A stretch of 64,000 nt of DNA, taken from Terriglobia bacterium. GTDB taxonomy: Bacteria; Acidobacteriota; Terriglobia; 20CM-2-55-15. The notes below the pieces were generated by a model. That model made no database searches, was not told the DNA's origin, and saw only the letters and a list, made by a program, of their open reading frames with translations. The position numbers were made by a program, and so were the translations under genes. The stretch is taken from positions 160,001 through 224,000 of the forward strand of contig CBDAOY010000005.1 in NCBI GenBank assembly GCA_965198225.1, in the 5' to 3' direction. The stretch's first letter is position 1, and every line of letters starts with the position of its first letter. This document shows positions 41,027-50,194 of the stretch, piece after piece.

Positions 41027-41720
41027 CGTTCCGGGATGGATCGACCTTCGTGTTCTTCCAAACCGCTCCGATAAAACCAACAAAGGTACCGATCATCAGG
41101 AAAGCACCGGAGAAGAGTTTGGCGGACTCCTCCAAAATGATCGAAACCGTCGTTGCCGGTTCACTGGTTGAATCGATGAATGTGTGAATCCCGTAGAACA
41201 CGAATGCAACCGCAAACGTCTCTAGAACCATTCGCCAGCGCATCAAACCTGGTAATAGCAAGATCAATATCACCACCGCCAGGACGCCATAGAAGACGAC
41301 AATAGTGTCATTCCAATGCCTGAAGAGACCCGAACCTGTGAAGCCGTCCATCAGATCGCCGGCACGTTCGTGGAATTCCAGCGATTCATCGAACCAGAGA
41401 AAAGCGAAACCCAGTGCCAACACAAACCACACCCATTGGTGCGGATCGCGCGCGCGAATGAGCGTCACCGCTGAAGCCAGGGAAAAAGCACTTGCGGCGG
41501 CAAGGAAAATCGCTGACAACGGCGTTATCGCGCCATATTCGTACACAAAATGATATTCCGGCGGCCCACCGGTGGGGACCAGAATCATCGCAAAGATGAT
41601 GTAGGTAAGCGTGAAGCCGATTACGACGCTGAAAACGGACACGACCCTGGGAAGGTCATCCGTGCGCCGTTCTACAACCGCCGCACGCAACCGGTCGTAG
41701 AAACCGTCAATCATGTCCAC
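41019..41720 (-). CDS. hypothetical membrane protein
   Basis: 6-7 TM, DESLEFHE, EESAKL. Confidence 0.75.
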   Translation of the reverse strand: MDMIDGFYDRLRAAVVERRTDDLPRVVSVFSVVIGFTLTYIIFAMILVPTGGPPEYHFVYEYGAITPLSAIFLAAASAFSLASAVTLIRARDPHQWVWFVLALGFAFLWFDESLEFHERAGDLMDGFTGSGLFRHWNDTIVVFYGVLAVVILILLLPGLMRWRMVLETFAVAFVFYGIHTFIDSTSEPATTVSIILEESAKLFSGAFLMIGTFVGFIGAVWKNTKVDPSRNDG

Positions 41721-41840
41721 GGGGTGCCTGTTCGATTTGCGGCCTGCGAGAGATGCTCTACACCGTGCGCCGCAGCAGCGAGGTCGTCAGGTTCAAACTC
41801 GCCCGCTTCCGGGGCAATGAGCTCGCCCAGCACGCCAAGG

Positions 41841-42236
41841 TCATTCCTGCTTGCTCGGAATGAGCCACACGCAGAAGAACGCCGTCACGACGTGCATTGC
41901 CGACAGGGCTACGACGGTCGCGCTATCGGCGCCGGTTCTAACGGGCCCTGCGAACGATACAACCAGGACGACCAGTGCGGTCAGCCGAAAGTTACGGGTG
42001 GCTTTGTCCGTGTAGCGTTCCAGGAGGAAGTACGCGACCACCGCACTCAGGACGCCTACTACACTGGCCCCGCTCACCCGCACGATATCGATGGTTACCT
42101 GCTCGGGAAGGTCCATCGACGCTCCGAGCGCAACGTAGAAAACAATCACGTTTCCCAGAACTGAACCGACTGCTGCCATGCCACCCGAACCGAGGAGACG
42201 GCTTATGCCAACGGAACTCTCTTTGTGTTCTGCCAT
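41841..42236 (-). CDS. small 4-TM membrane protein (DUF6069-like)
   Basis: Four hydrophobic helices, C-terminal ALSAMHVV. Confidence 0.65.
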   Translation of the reverse strand: MAEHKESSVGISRLLGSGGMAAVGSVLGNVIVFYVALGASMDLPEQVTIDIVRVSGASVVGVLSAVVAYFLLERYTDKATRNFRLTALVVLVVSFAGPVRTGADSATVVALSAMHVVTAFFCVWLIPSKQE

Positions 42237-42465
42237 CGTTTTGTTTCTCTGAAGAAACGTTTCGCCAGCGCCCTCGTTTGCGAGGTGTGCTTCATCTTAA
42301 TGCATAATTCGCCCTGCCAACGCAATGATCGTGCGACGACACACTCGCCGGGAAACAGGTCTTTTCTTTGACCCGGGTCCCTGCCTTTCGTAATATTCAT
42401 CCAAGTTTTCCTGAAAGTCAGCCGGAGGACGTGAAGCGGGCCGTTGAGCCGCCCTGGAGGTAGAT

Positions 42466-43980
42466 ATGCAGTGTCGTTGCTTATGGTTGGTTCTGGTCGT
42501 CGTATCCGTCGCCACCGCGGCGTGTACCAGCGAGGTAACATCGGCTTGTGCCGACCTCGCTGCCCTCAACATGACGGATGTGAGTGTCACGTCTTCAGAC
42601 GAGGTCGCAGCCGCAGACGGAGTGCCAGGCCACTGTAGCGTAAACGGGATGATCGACGGGCGGATCCGGTTCGCTTTGCTCCTTCCGGACGACTGGAATG
42701 GCCGGTTCGTCATGGGCGGCGGGGGCGGCTTTGTCGGAACCGTCCAGAACCAGGCACAGCCGTTCGCGCTGGCGCAGGGTTATGCGACCGTCGGTACCGA
42801 CACGGGTCACTCTGGAACCGGTATCGAGGCCGGTTGGGCTTTGGAGAATTCAGAAGCGGAGATCGACTTCGGCCACCGGGCCGTTCATCGGACCGCCGAT
42901 ACCGCAAAGAACCTGATCCGCGACTATTACGACGGCGACATCGCCCATTCCTACTTCTTCGGGTGCTCGCGCGGCGGCGGCCAAGGCATGATGCAATCCC
43001 AACGGTATCCCGCCGACTTCGACGGCATCGTTGTCGGGGCGCCTGCCTACGACTGGCCCGGCCTCGGGGCTGGTTTCATCCAGACGCAGCAGAAAATCTA
43101 CCCGGATCCCCACGACCTCGCCGCCCCTGTCATTTCCGCGGAGACTCGACACTTGCTGCAATCGGAGATCCTGAACCAATGCGATGCCCTGGACGGCGTC
43201 GAAGACGGCGTGATGGAGGATCCGCGCCGGTGCAGCTTCGGCACCGACAGCCTCCCACAATGCCCGGGCGGTGTCGCCGGGCCGGACTGTGTGACCGCCG
43301 CCCAGTTGGAAGCCATCAATGCCGTCTATGATGGACCAACTGTCGATGGCGAACAGGTCTTCGCTGGATTCCCCTTTGGAGGCGAAGCCGAGCCGGAGGG
43401 CTGGGGCAGCTGGATCACGGGAGGCGAAGGCGCGAACGGGCCCGGTGCGCCCAGCCTGCACTACGCCTTCGGCACGGAGATGTACAAGTACCTGGTCTTC
43501 GACGATCCGAACTGGGACTACACTTCCTATGATTTTTCCACCTATGAGTCCGACATCGCGTCGGCCGCGGAGATTCTCAACGCGACAGACACGGACCTGA
43601 CGCATTTCAAATCCAACGACGGAAAAATGATTATGTGGCAAGGCTGGTCCGACGCCGCAATCACCGCGCTCGGAACCATCGATTACTACGAGGGTGTCGA
43701 GGCGGGTGATCCTGACGTCCGCGACTACGCCCGTCTGTTCATGATGCCGGGTGTGCTTCACTGCTCGGGCGGGCCCGGGCCAGACGACGTCGACTGGCTC
43801 GCCGCAATCACCCATTGGGTAGAACGAGACACCGCGCCGGGTGAACTGTTGGCCACGAAGTTCGACGAGAACCGGACGGCTGTTCGGACGCGTCCGCTCT
43901 GTCCCTATCCGATGGTTGCCGCATACACAGGGTCGGGAAACACGGACGACGCGGCAAACTTCGAGTGCGTCGAACCCTGA
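42466..43980 (+). CDS. tannase/feruloyl esterase family alpha/beta hydrolase
   Basis: LPDDWNGRF, TDTGH, GCSRGG, DFDGI..GAP, QGWSD, PGVLHCSGG, RPLCPYP. Confidence 0.92.
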   Translation: MQCRCLWLVLVVVSVATAACTSEVTSACADLAALNMTDVSVTSSDEVAAADGVPGHCSVNGMIDGRIRFALLLPDDWNGRFVMGGGGGFVGTVQNQAQPFALAQGYATVGTDTGHSGTGIEAGWALENSEAEIDFGHRAVHRTADTAKNLIRDYYDGDIAHSYFFGCSRGGGQGMMQSQRYPADFDGIVVGAPAYDWPGLGAGFIQTQQKIYPDPHDLAAPVISAETRHLLQSEILNQCDALDGVEDGVMEDPRRCSFGTDSLPQCPGGVAGPDCVTAAQLEAINAVYDGPTVDGEQVFAGFPFGGEAEPEGWGSWITGGEGANGPGAPSLHYAFGTEMYKYLVFDDPNWDYTSYDFSTYESDIASAAEILNATDTDLTHFKSNDGKMIMWQGWSDAAITALGTIDYYEGVEAGDPDVRDYARLFMMPGVLHCSGGPGPDDVDWLAAITHWVERDTAPGELLATKFDENRTAVRTRPLCPYPMVAAYTGSGNTDDAANFECVEP

Positions 43981-44078
43981 CGCGAAGGAACCACCTGGCG
44001 TGAAGCCCACTCAAACGAGTCAGAGTCCCTGATCTGAGACCAGGTGGCCCGGTTAACATCGCTTTACTTGCAAGCAGG

Positions 44079-44348
44079 GGCATATTGTGGGCAAATGACC
44101 TGAACAGGGGGCCCAAGCTCAACGCCAGGGAGCAGATCTAGCTCAAACGGAAAAACAAAGACAACGTCTTTCCGGAAGAGATCCGGGCTGAGCCCCGGGC
44201 CGGCGAGGTCCATCTTCTGTTTTCGAGGTCTGCCGGGATCACCGAAGCGGACAAGGACGTCGAGTTGGTCGTGGAACTGGACGGATTCAAGTTCAAGAAG
44301 AAGTTCAGCCTCAAAGACATGGTCGTGCACGGAGAGCTGGAGCTGTAG
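44079..44348 (+). pseudogene. C-terminal remnant of a hypothetical protein
   Basis: ...REQI*LKRKNK...DKDVELVVELDGFKFKKKFSLKDMVVHGELEL*; codon-like composition, internal TAG, no start. Confidence 0.5.
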
Positions 44349-44371
44349 AAGAGTGCCAAAGTCCCCCGGGG

Positions 44372-45103
44372 TCAGTGCGTCATCGCGTATAGGACGATGT
44401 TGATCCCCAGCCTCAGGGCTTCGGTGGAGGGTCTCAGCGGGAACGCGGGCCGGTCGATCCACTCCCAGAAATCGCCGACGTCGTTGTTGTAGCAGATGAT
44501 CACTCCCAGATCGCCGTTGTCGCGCTCGATGCCGTAGAAGATGGCGGCGCCACCGACCGCATAAGGCGATTCGATGTACAGGCTGTCGATGTCGTAGAAC
44601 GTGCTCAGCATCGGGTGGGTGTCGTCGAGAACCACCAGATCCCGCTCCGGGAACACGCGCATCAGGTTGGCTTCCATCATCTCGAAGTGCCTTGGGCCAT
44701 CGAAGTCGTCCATCATCACCAACCCGCCCCGCTCGACATATTCCCTGAAATTCCGTACTTCCACGTCACTGAGCCACATCATGCCCGGTTCTGAAATGTA
44801 GCCGAAGGGGTACTCGAATATCTCTTCGCTGGCAATCGGAACGATCCGATACGACATCTCCTCGACATCGATGATCGTGGCTTCACTCATGATCTGGTTG
44901 AGGTGTTGTTCGGCGTCCGGGTAGTCATGGGCCCATCCGCCCCTGCCGGCGTAGGCCCATCGCGCAAAGATGAATTCGGTTTCCGCAGGTTCGTTCTGAA
45001 AGACGCGACGCGAGCGCTGGCCGAACCGGCCGTACTGTCCGAGTGCCAGGCCCGTTACCAAAGAGACGAGGATTAGAGCCAGTCCCCAGCGGATGCGCAA
45101 CAT
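44372..45103 (-). CDS. DUF4159 domain protein
   Basis: Signal peptide, WAHDYPDAE, YPFGY.SEPG, GG..MMDDF, NNDVGD.WE, G.NIV.YAMTH. Confidence 0.85.
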   Translation of the reverse strand: MLRIRWGLALILVSLVTGLALGQYGRFGQRSRRVFQNEPAETEFIFARWAYAGRGGWAHDYPDAEQHLNQIMSEATIIDVEEMSYRIVPIASEEIFEYPFGYISEPGMMWLSDVEVRNFREYVERGGLVMMDDFDGPRHFEMMEANLMRVFPERDLVVLDDTHPMLSTFYDIDSLYIESPYAVGGAAIFYGIERDNGDLGVIICYNNDVGDFWEWIDRPAFPLRPSTEALRLGINIVLYAMTH

Positions 45104-45173
45104 GACTCGATTCTTCGCCCGACTCCTGGTGATTTCAAGCAAGAACCCCCGACAAGGGCGGTGGCACGACTCC

Positions 45174-45202
45174 TTGACACCACCTTCGGGCCGTTCTATA
45201 AG
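45174..45202 (+). promoter_or_regulatory. sigma70-type promoter
   Basis: TTGACA-17 nt-TATAAG. Confidence 0.6.
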
Positions 45203-45238
45203 GGCTAGCCCGAGCCGCTGCCGGATCGTTGCGACCTG

Positions 45239-45385
45239 ATGGGAATTAGGGACATATTTCAATTCGCTCTGGAATACCCGCTCGTTGTGCTTGCTATCGT
45301 GATCGCGGTGGTGTGGCTGTACCGGGACAAGGCAGGTCGATTGCCCCGAAGGATGTTCCCGGGTACAACTTCGCGAACCAACTGA
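45239..45385 (+). CDS. unannotated 48-aa single-TM small protein
   Basis: MGIRDIFQFALEYPLVVLAIVIAVVWLYRDKAGRLPRRMFPGTTSRTN*; downstream of a near-consensus promoter; weak RBS. Confidence 0.5.
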   Translation: MGIRDIFQFALEYPLVVLAIVIAVVWLYRDKAGRLPRRMFPGTTSRTN

Positions 45386-45420
45386 GAAGCCTCTTCTTCG
45401 GAATGTGACCAGTGAAGATG

Positions 45421-45702
45421 AGTAGGCCGTTGTCCGTAGGCCGCTATTGCGGCAGGTTACGACAGCCCGCGCTTTTCAGCTCGACTGCCGACGACGCGGT
45501 CGGAACCAAGGATGGGGCGGGATAGCTCGTTGTTCGTAGGCCGTTATGGCGGCAGGTTACGGCAACCCGCTCTGATCAGCTCGACTGCGGCTGGACGCGG
45601 CCCGCACGGGGAGCAGGGGATGATCTAGAACGGTCCGGGAGCATGAGAATCGGTTGACTACACGAACACACTCCGTCAACGGCCTACGGCCTACGGACTA
45701 CT
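45421..45702. repeat. element bounded by inverted GTAGGCC(G) arrays, with an internal ~72-bp direct duplication (period 100)
   Basis: 45428-45499 vs 45528-45600; ends GTAGGCCGTTGTCCGTAGGCCG / AACGGCCTACGGCCTACGGACTAC. Confidence 0.65.
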
Positions 45703-45706
45703 TTCT

Positions 45707-46735
45707 TCAACGCCCCAGGATCGTGGAGTCGGGGAAGAAGGACTTCCAGGCAAACCAGTAGGAAACGAACGACGGCACTTCGTCGAGCCTGGTTCCGGAG
45801 AGCGGACCGGAGATCGCACGGCCTTCGAAACCGTCCCATTCCGAACCCGTCGCCGCGTCGCGCAGGATTCTGCGACCAGCTTCGTCCCGGTTGTAGCTGA
45901 AGGAGTGGTTCCCGGACCGAAAGACCTTCCCGGTGGTTCCGTCGGGCGTGGCGACGGCAATCAGTGCGCTGCCGTCGGCGGAAACCCCCAACGCCCGGGC
46001 GCGATTCGCGTCCTCGGTCAGGACAGCGAACGGGCGGCCATCGATGTGGAAGCTCAAGACCGTGGCTTTCGGACCGATGTCATCTTGCTCGAAACTCGTC
46101 GTACCGCTCGCTCCGATGACCATGTTCTGGTGGTAGCGGCGGCGCGACGCCCGAATTCGATCCAGATCGCCCATCGGAGGTACCGACATCACGAGGGTAT
46201 CTGGATGGAGGGTGTGCCACTGTTTCCAGGTCATCAGCGAAGAGGGATACATCTCGAGTGTCTTGCCTTCCATCTCACCCTGTATCGCCTTGCCGAGCGC
46301 CTGGGCCCACCACGACTCGGTCCGACGATCGTAGAACACCACGTTCTCGCGCCACAGCACACCGGTGAAACCAAACGTGAGTTCCTCGCCGTCGACCCTT
46401 CGGACATACACGATGCCCGTGTTGCACAGCGGTCACCAGGTCGCGGTGATCGGCGTGTCGCCGATCGTGTCGTTGACGATCTCCCTGCCGTATAGCAGGA
46501 GGACCGGATACGCCGTGACGGCGTCTCCCGCCGTCACGCCGATCACGAGGTCGTCGGCTTCCATGGAACCTGCCTCACCCGCTACGACGAACGGAGGAAA
46601 ATCCAGAACCTCCATGCCATCCTTGGGAGCACCGCGGACGACTGGATCACCGTCGACGACGGCTTCTTCCCGCCATCGCTGGCCACCTTCCAGGACGGTG
46701 AACGCAAGAGTCAGCAGAAGCAGCATCCGCATCAT
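45707..46735 (-). CDS. DUF3179 domain selenoprotein (Sec at TGA 46433-46435, U-P-L-C)
   Basis: EIVNDT..TPITATW-TGA-PLCNTGIVY..TFG.TG.L...YDR.TES.W.Q is continuous in one frame; hairpin downstream. Confidence 0.88.
46401..46419 (-). promoter_or_regulatory. SECIS-like hairpin
   Basis: CGGGCAU-CGUGU-AUGUCCG; loop G 22 nt after UGA. Confidence 0.7.
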
Positions 46736-47238
46736 TTCTCCTCCAACAGTTCTTCAATCTTCGCCAGAAGCTGCTCGCGGCTGGCCAGCCCCACGTGCTT
46801 CATAGCGACCCAGCCTCGACGGTCGAGTATGAAGGTCGTCGGCACCCCGATGATTCCTCCTATTTCTTTGAGGATCTTCTCGTTCGATAACACGATCGGA
46901 TAATTGATCTCGAGATCGCGGATGAACCTGGCGATGCCTTCGCTGTTTTCCCCGTCCAGCGTGACACCGACGACCTCGAAACCCAGATCTTCGTACTGCC
47001 GCTTGAATTCTATGAACCATGGGATTTCCACACGGCATGGCGGACACCAGGTCGCCCAGAAATTGATGAGCCGGACTTCGCCGTCGAACTGGTCGGAAGA
47101 GACGACGCTCCCCTGCGAGCTCGGGAGTTCGAATGCGGGAAACGGCTGTCCTTCCTGAGCCTGTGCCTGGACCAGCTCCGGACTCTGCAACACCGGGGCC
47201 AGCAGCAAGAGGAGCGAAACCGTGATTCTTCTGATCAT
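46732..47238 (-). CDS. TlpA-family thiol:disulfide oxidoreductase
   Basis: Signal peptide, INFWATWCPPCRVEIP, GVPTTFILD; ATGA-coupled to the DUF3179 gene. Confidence 0.92.
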   Translation of the reverse strand: MIRRITVSLLLLLAPVLQSPELVQAQAQEGQPFPAFELPSSQGSVVSSDQFDGEVRLINFWATWCPPCRVEIPWFIEFKRQYEDLGFEVVGVTLDGENSEGIARFIRDLEINYPIVLSNEKILKEIGGIIGVPTTFILDRRGWVAMKHVGLASREQLLAKIEELLEEK

Positions 47239-47245
47239 TTCGCGA

Positions 47246-47599
47246 CTACTTGTCAGACCAGACAGCCAGTTCGTTCCCGCTCGGATCCGCAAAGTGAAAA
47301 CGTCGGCCGCCGGGAAACTCGAAGGTCTGGCGGACAATCGTTCCGCCTGATTCCCGGACTTGCGACTCTATCGCCTCGAGATCGACTGCATAGATGACCA
47401 CGAGAGGTCCGCCACCCTGGTTGGCCTCGACCCTACTGAACCCACCCCCGAGGCGGCCGTCGCTGAAGCTCGTGTAGTCCGGCCCGAAGTCCTGGAAGGC
47501 CCATCCGAAGACGCTGTGATAGAAGCTCTTGGTCGCCTCGATATCCGTCGCAGAAAATTCCACATAGTCGATCCGGCGATCCTGCTCGGATTGACTCAT
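47246..47599 (-). CDS. VOC/glyoxalase family protein
   Basis: IDYVEF, FY.SVFGW.F.D.GPDY, FPGGRRFHF.DPSGNELAVW; AGGAGG RBS. Confidence 0.9.
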   Translation of the reverse strand: MSQSEQDRRIDYVEFSATDIEATKSFYHSVFGWAFQDFGPDYTSFSDGRLGGGFSRVEANQGGGPLVVIYAVDLEAIESQVRESGGTIVRQTFEFPGGRRFHFADPSGNELAVWSDK

Positions 47600-47612
47600 C
47601 CGGCCTCCTTGC

Positions 47613-48662
47613 TTAAGGACCCTTGCGGCGCAGTTCGACCGGCGCGCGGCTGCCATCATGCCGGGAGAGCTTCACGACGAAGTCGACTGGGACTTCAGCC
47701 GGCAGGTAGCAGATCGTGTCGTCGCAGGCCTGGTACTTGAAGCTGCCGCCGATCCTGATCTCGTCTTGCCGGGCGCGCGCCGAAATCGTCACATCTTTCC
47801 GGATCCGTACCGTGTGGTGGAAAACCGGCACTCGCTCGTCGATCGCGGGGAGGTGAAGAATCTCCGCGCCGGGAAACTCGGTCTCGTGTGTGATCAGGAG
47901 CGGATCTTCGGCGATGTTGAACTCGCTCGCGGTATAGCCCTCCACTCCGGGCGCATAGATGTGCATCCTGTCGGGCAGCTCCACATCCAGGACGAGCGTA
48001 ATTCGGTTGCCCGAGCTCGCCTCATCATCGCTCGAGTACGCCGTCAGCTTGAGGTGGTCGGTCTGCACCTCGACACGCCGGGCCCCCGCAACGCCGAATT
48101 CCCGGGTCAGGATGGAATCCGCCGTGTAACGCTCCCGATGATCCTGTTCAAAATACTTGGCCTTGACGATTCCGTTTGCGTCCACGACGTAGGTGCCGGG
48201 GAACGGCACGCCATACCATTCGTGGTCTTCGGGGATGTTCGTATTCAGGATGTCGAAAGCTCCGATGATTTTCGAGTCGGGATCAGCAAGCAGCGGGTAG
48301 GTGATCCCGACGCGTTGGGCAAAGTGCCGGATCACCTCCGGGGTGTCGTAGGTGATCGCGACCAACCCCAGGCCCTGCTCTGCCAATTCATCCAGGGTGT
48401 CTTCCAGCTCCACGAGCTGGGTCTTGCAGAACGGTCACCAGTCTGCGGAACGGTTGACGTAAACCATCGCGCCGTTCGTACCCTTGATCGAATCGAAATC
48501 GACCATGCGGCCGCTCTGGTCGAGTGCCCGAAAGTCCGGGATCCTTTCGCCGACTTCGGGGCCGGTGCGGATGTTCTGATCGTACGGATCTTGCTGGCGC
48601 TGCGCGAAGGTTGGCACGGTCCACAGAAGCAGCACGAGGATGAACGGGGGAACACGTTTCAC
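47613..48662 (-). CDS. AhpC/TSA (peroxiredoxin-like) selenoprotein with C-terminal DsbD-N-like domain (Sec at TGA 48435-48437, U-P-F-C)
   Basis: GPEVGERIPDF, NRSADW-TGA-PFCKTQLVEL, YPLLADPD, PGTYVVD..G.V, HIYAPG, YQACDDTICY; GAGGAG RBS before GTG 48662. Confidence 0.88.
48404..48420 (-). promoter_or_regulatory. SECIS-like hairpin
   Basis: CCAGCUC-GUG-GAGCUGG; loop G 22 nt after UGA. Confidence 0.7.
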
Positions 48663-48887
48663 AGGGTCACTCTCCTCGAATCTCAAAGGACTTGAAACAT
48701 CATAGCATCGCGTGAGGTCTTGCAAAATCTATTGATGATTACGGTAAGGCAGCTGTCAGCTTTCCTCGCTCTGCTCTTCGCCTTCTGGCTGGCCTAAGCT
48801 CATGGCTGATATCCAAACGCTGATTGCTCATGGCGGTCGGCGATTGGTAACGGATGGCTAAAGAGTAGAAAAGCCTGCAGGAAAGAC

Positions 48888-48928
48888 TTGCATTCGAGTC
48901 GTATACACACTATGGTTTGCGTGTACAC
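48888..48928 (+). promoter_or_regulatory. putative sigma70 promoter with overlapping inverted-repeat operator
   Basis: TTGCAT-17 nt-TATGGT; GTATACAC...GTGTACAC flank the -10. Confidence 0.45.
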
Positions 48929-48940
48929 CACTCATCGTGA

Positions 48941-49035
48941 AGGTTGTCCGGCGGGCACGGGACCCCAGCCCGCAAAGCTGGCAGCGTAGTCGACTTAGGT
49001 CGACTTAACTCGCCAGCCAGCCCGTCGGTCAACCT
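48941..49035 (+). ncRNA. candidate structured ncRNA (three-way junction)
   Basis: AGGTTGTCCGGCGGGC / GCCCGTCGGTCAACCT closing stem; inner GCTGGC..AGTCGAC-TTAG-GTCGACT..GCCAGC; no long ORF downstream on +. Confidence 0.35.
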
Positions 49036-49161
49036 CGTTCCATTGTGATCGCCCTTCCCAGCTTTTTCCGAGAAACGGCTCTAACTAGCATAGGACTGTG
49101 CCATCCCGGATTCTGTAACGAGGATTACACAATCTCCCCACAAGCTACCCCCCCCCCCCCA

Positions 49162-50043
49162 TTAACCGCCGGATTCGAGCCACGACCGTATTCCCTGCCC
49201 GATATCGACCGGTGAATCCTCCTGGATGAAGTGGACGCCCTTGACCGTGATTTCGCTCTGGTTTGGCCAACCCCTGCAGAAGTCCCTCTGAGCGCCGGTG
49301 AGGATCGCGCCCGGTTCCGCGTTGACGAAGAACTTGGGCACATCGGAACGGCTCAACCATTCCGCATAGTCCGCGACGATGTCGTGGACGTCAGCCGGAT
49401 CGCCGTCGATCGGAATCTGGCGCGGCCACGTCAGCGTCGGGCGCCGACCCTCCCCGGCCTCCGCAAAAGGCCTTCGGTAGACTTCCATCTCATCGTCGGT
49501 CAGCTTGCGCAGCATGGAGCCGGGTAGCACGCGTTCGACGAAGACGTTCTGTTCGAGCACCATGGTCTCGCCGGCCGGAGATCGAAAGCCTTCGAACACG
49601 CCGCGAGCCGCCTCGGGCCAATCCGACCAGTGGAGCGGTCGAACAATCGCTTCCATGTAGGCGATGGCTCGCACCGATTCCCGGTGTCGGTTCGCCCAGT
49701 CGAAGCCCAGAGCCGATCCCCAGTCGTGCACAACGAAGGCGACGCGTTCGGTGATGCCGAGTTGGTCGAACAGGGTGTCCAGATACTGTCGATGTTCGAC
49801 GAATCGGTAGCGCTCCGGGCCGCTCTGTTCGAGCTTGTCCGAATCGCCCATCCCGATCAGGTCGGGTGCAACCAGGCGCCCGAGCCCCTCCAGGTGCGGC
49901 ATGACGTCGCGCCAGAGGAAAGACGACGTGGGGTTGCCATGAAGAAAAACGATCGGGTCCCCCTCGCCGACTTCGACATACGCCATCTTGCGGCCGAGAA
50001 CCTCGATCTTCTTTTTTTGGTATCGCGCCTCGGGAGCACTCAT
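49162..50043 (-). CDS. haloalkane dehalogenase (LinB/DhaA type)
   Basis: [46 protein letters not shown]. Confidence 0.93.
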   Translation of the reverse strand: MSAPEARYQKKKIEVLGRKMAYVEVGEGDPIVFLHGNPTSSFLWRDVMPHLEGLGRLVAPDLIGMGDSDKLEQSGPERYRFVEHRQYLDTLFDQLGITERVAFVVHDWGSALGFDWANRHRESVRAIAYMEAIVRPLHWSDWPEAARGVFEGFRSPAGETMVLEQNVFVERVLPGSMLRKLTDDEMEVYRRPFAEAGEGRRPTLTWPRQIPIDGDPADVHDIVADYAEWLSRSDVPKFFVNAEPGAILTGAQRDFCRGWPNQSEITVKGVHFIQEDSPVDIGQGIRSWLESGG

Positions 50044-50194
50044 GGACAACTCGTTTCGTCCAGCGATCGCCGGACGCAGGCAGTATACGCCAGGATCCCT
50101 ACATCAGCCCCGCGCCACCCGATAGGGCTTGCGGAACCGAAGGGGCTTCATCTCACCGCCACCCTCTGGGGGAAGGTTGATACCATGCCCGGGA

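Noticed and set aside
45428-45600. CRISPR array
   Set aside because: Only two imperfect ~72-bp units and no cas genes
48735-48797. 20-aa hydrophobic ORF MITVRQLSAFLALLFAFWLA as a type I toxin paired with the nearby structured RNA
   Set aside because: No RBS, it overlaps a degenerate GCTGTCAGCTTTC-type repeat, and I see no complementarity to the 48941-49035 structure
48941-49035. Retron msr-msd or c-di-GMP riboswitch
   Set aside because: No reverse transcriptase in the window. The CGCAAAG resemblance lacks the GNRA/receptor architecture, and no downstream gene is available to regulate
49148-49160. Poly-C (13) tract as a phase-variation switch
   Set aside because: It lies downstream of the dehalogenase stop, outside any coding region or evident promoter
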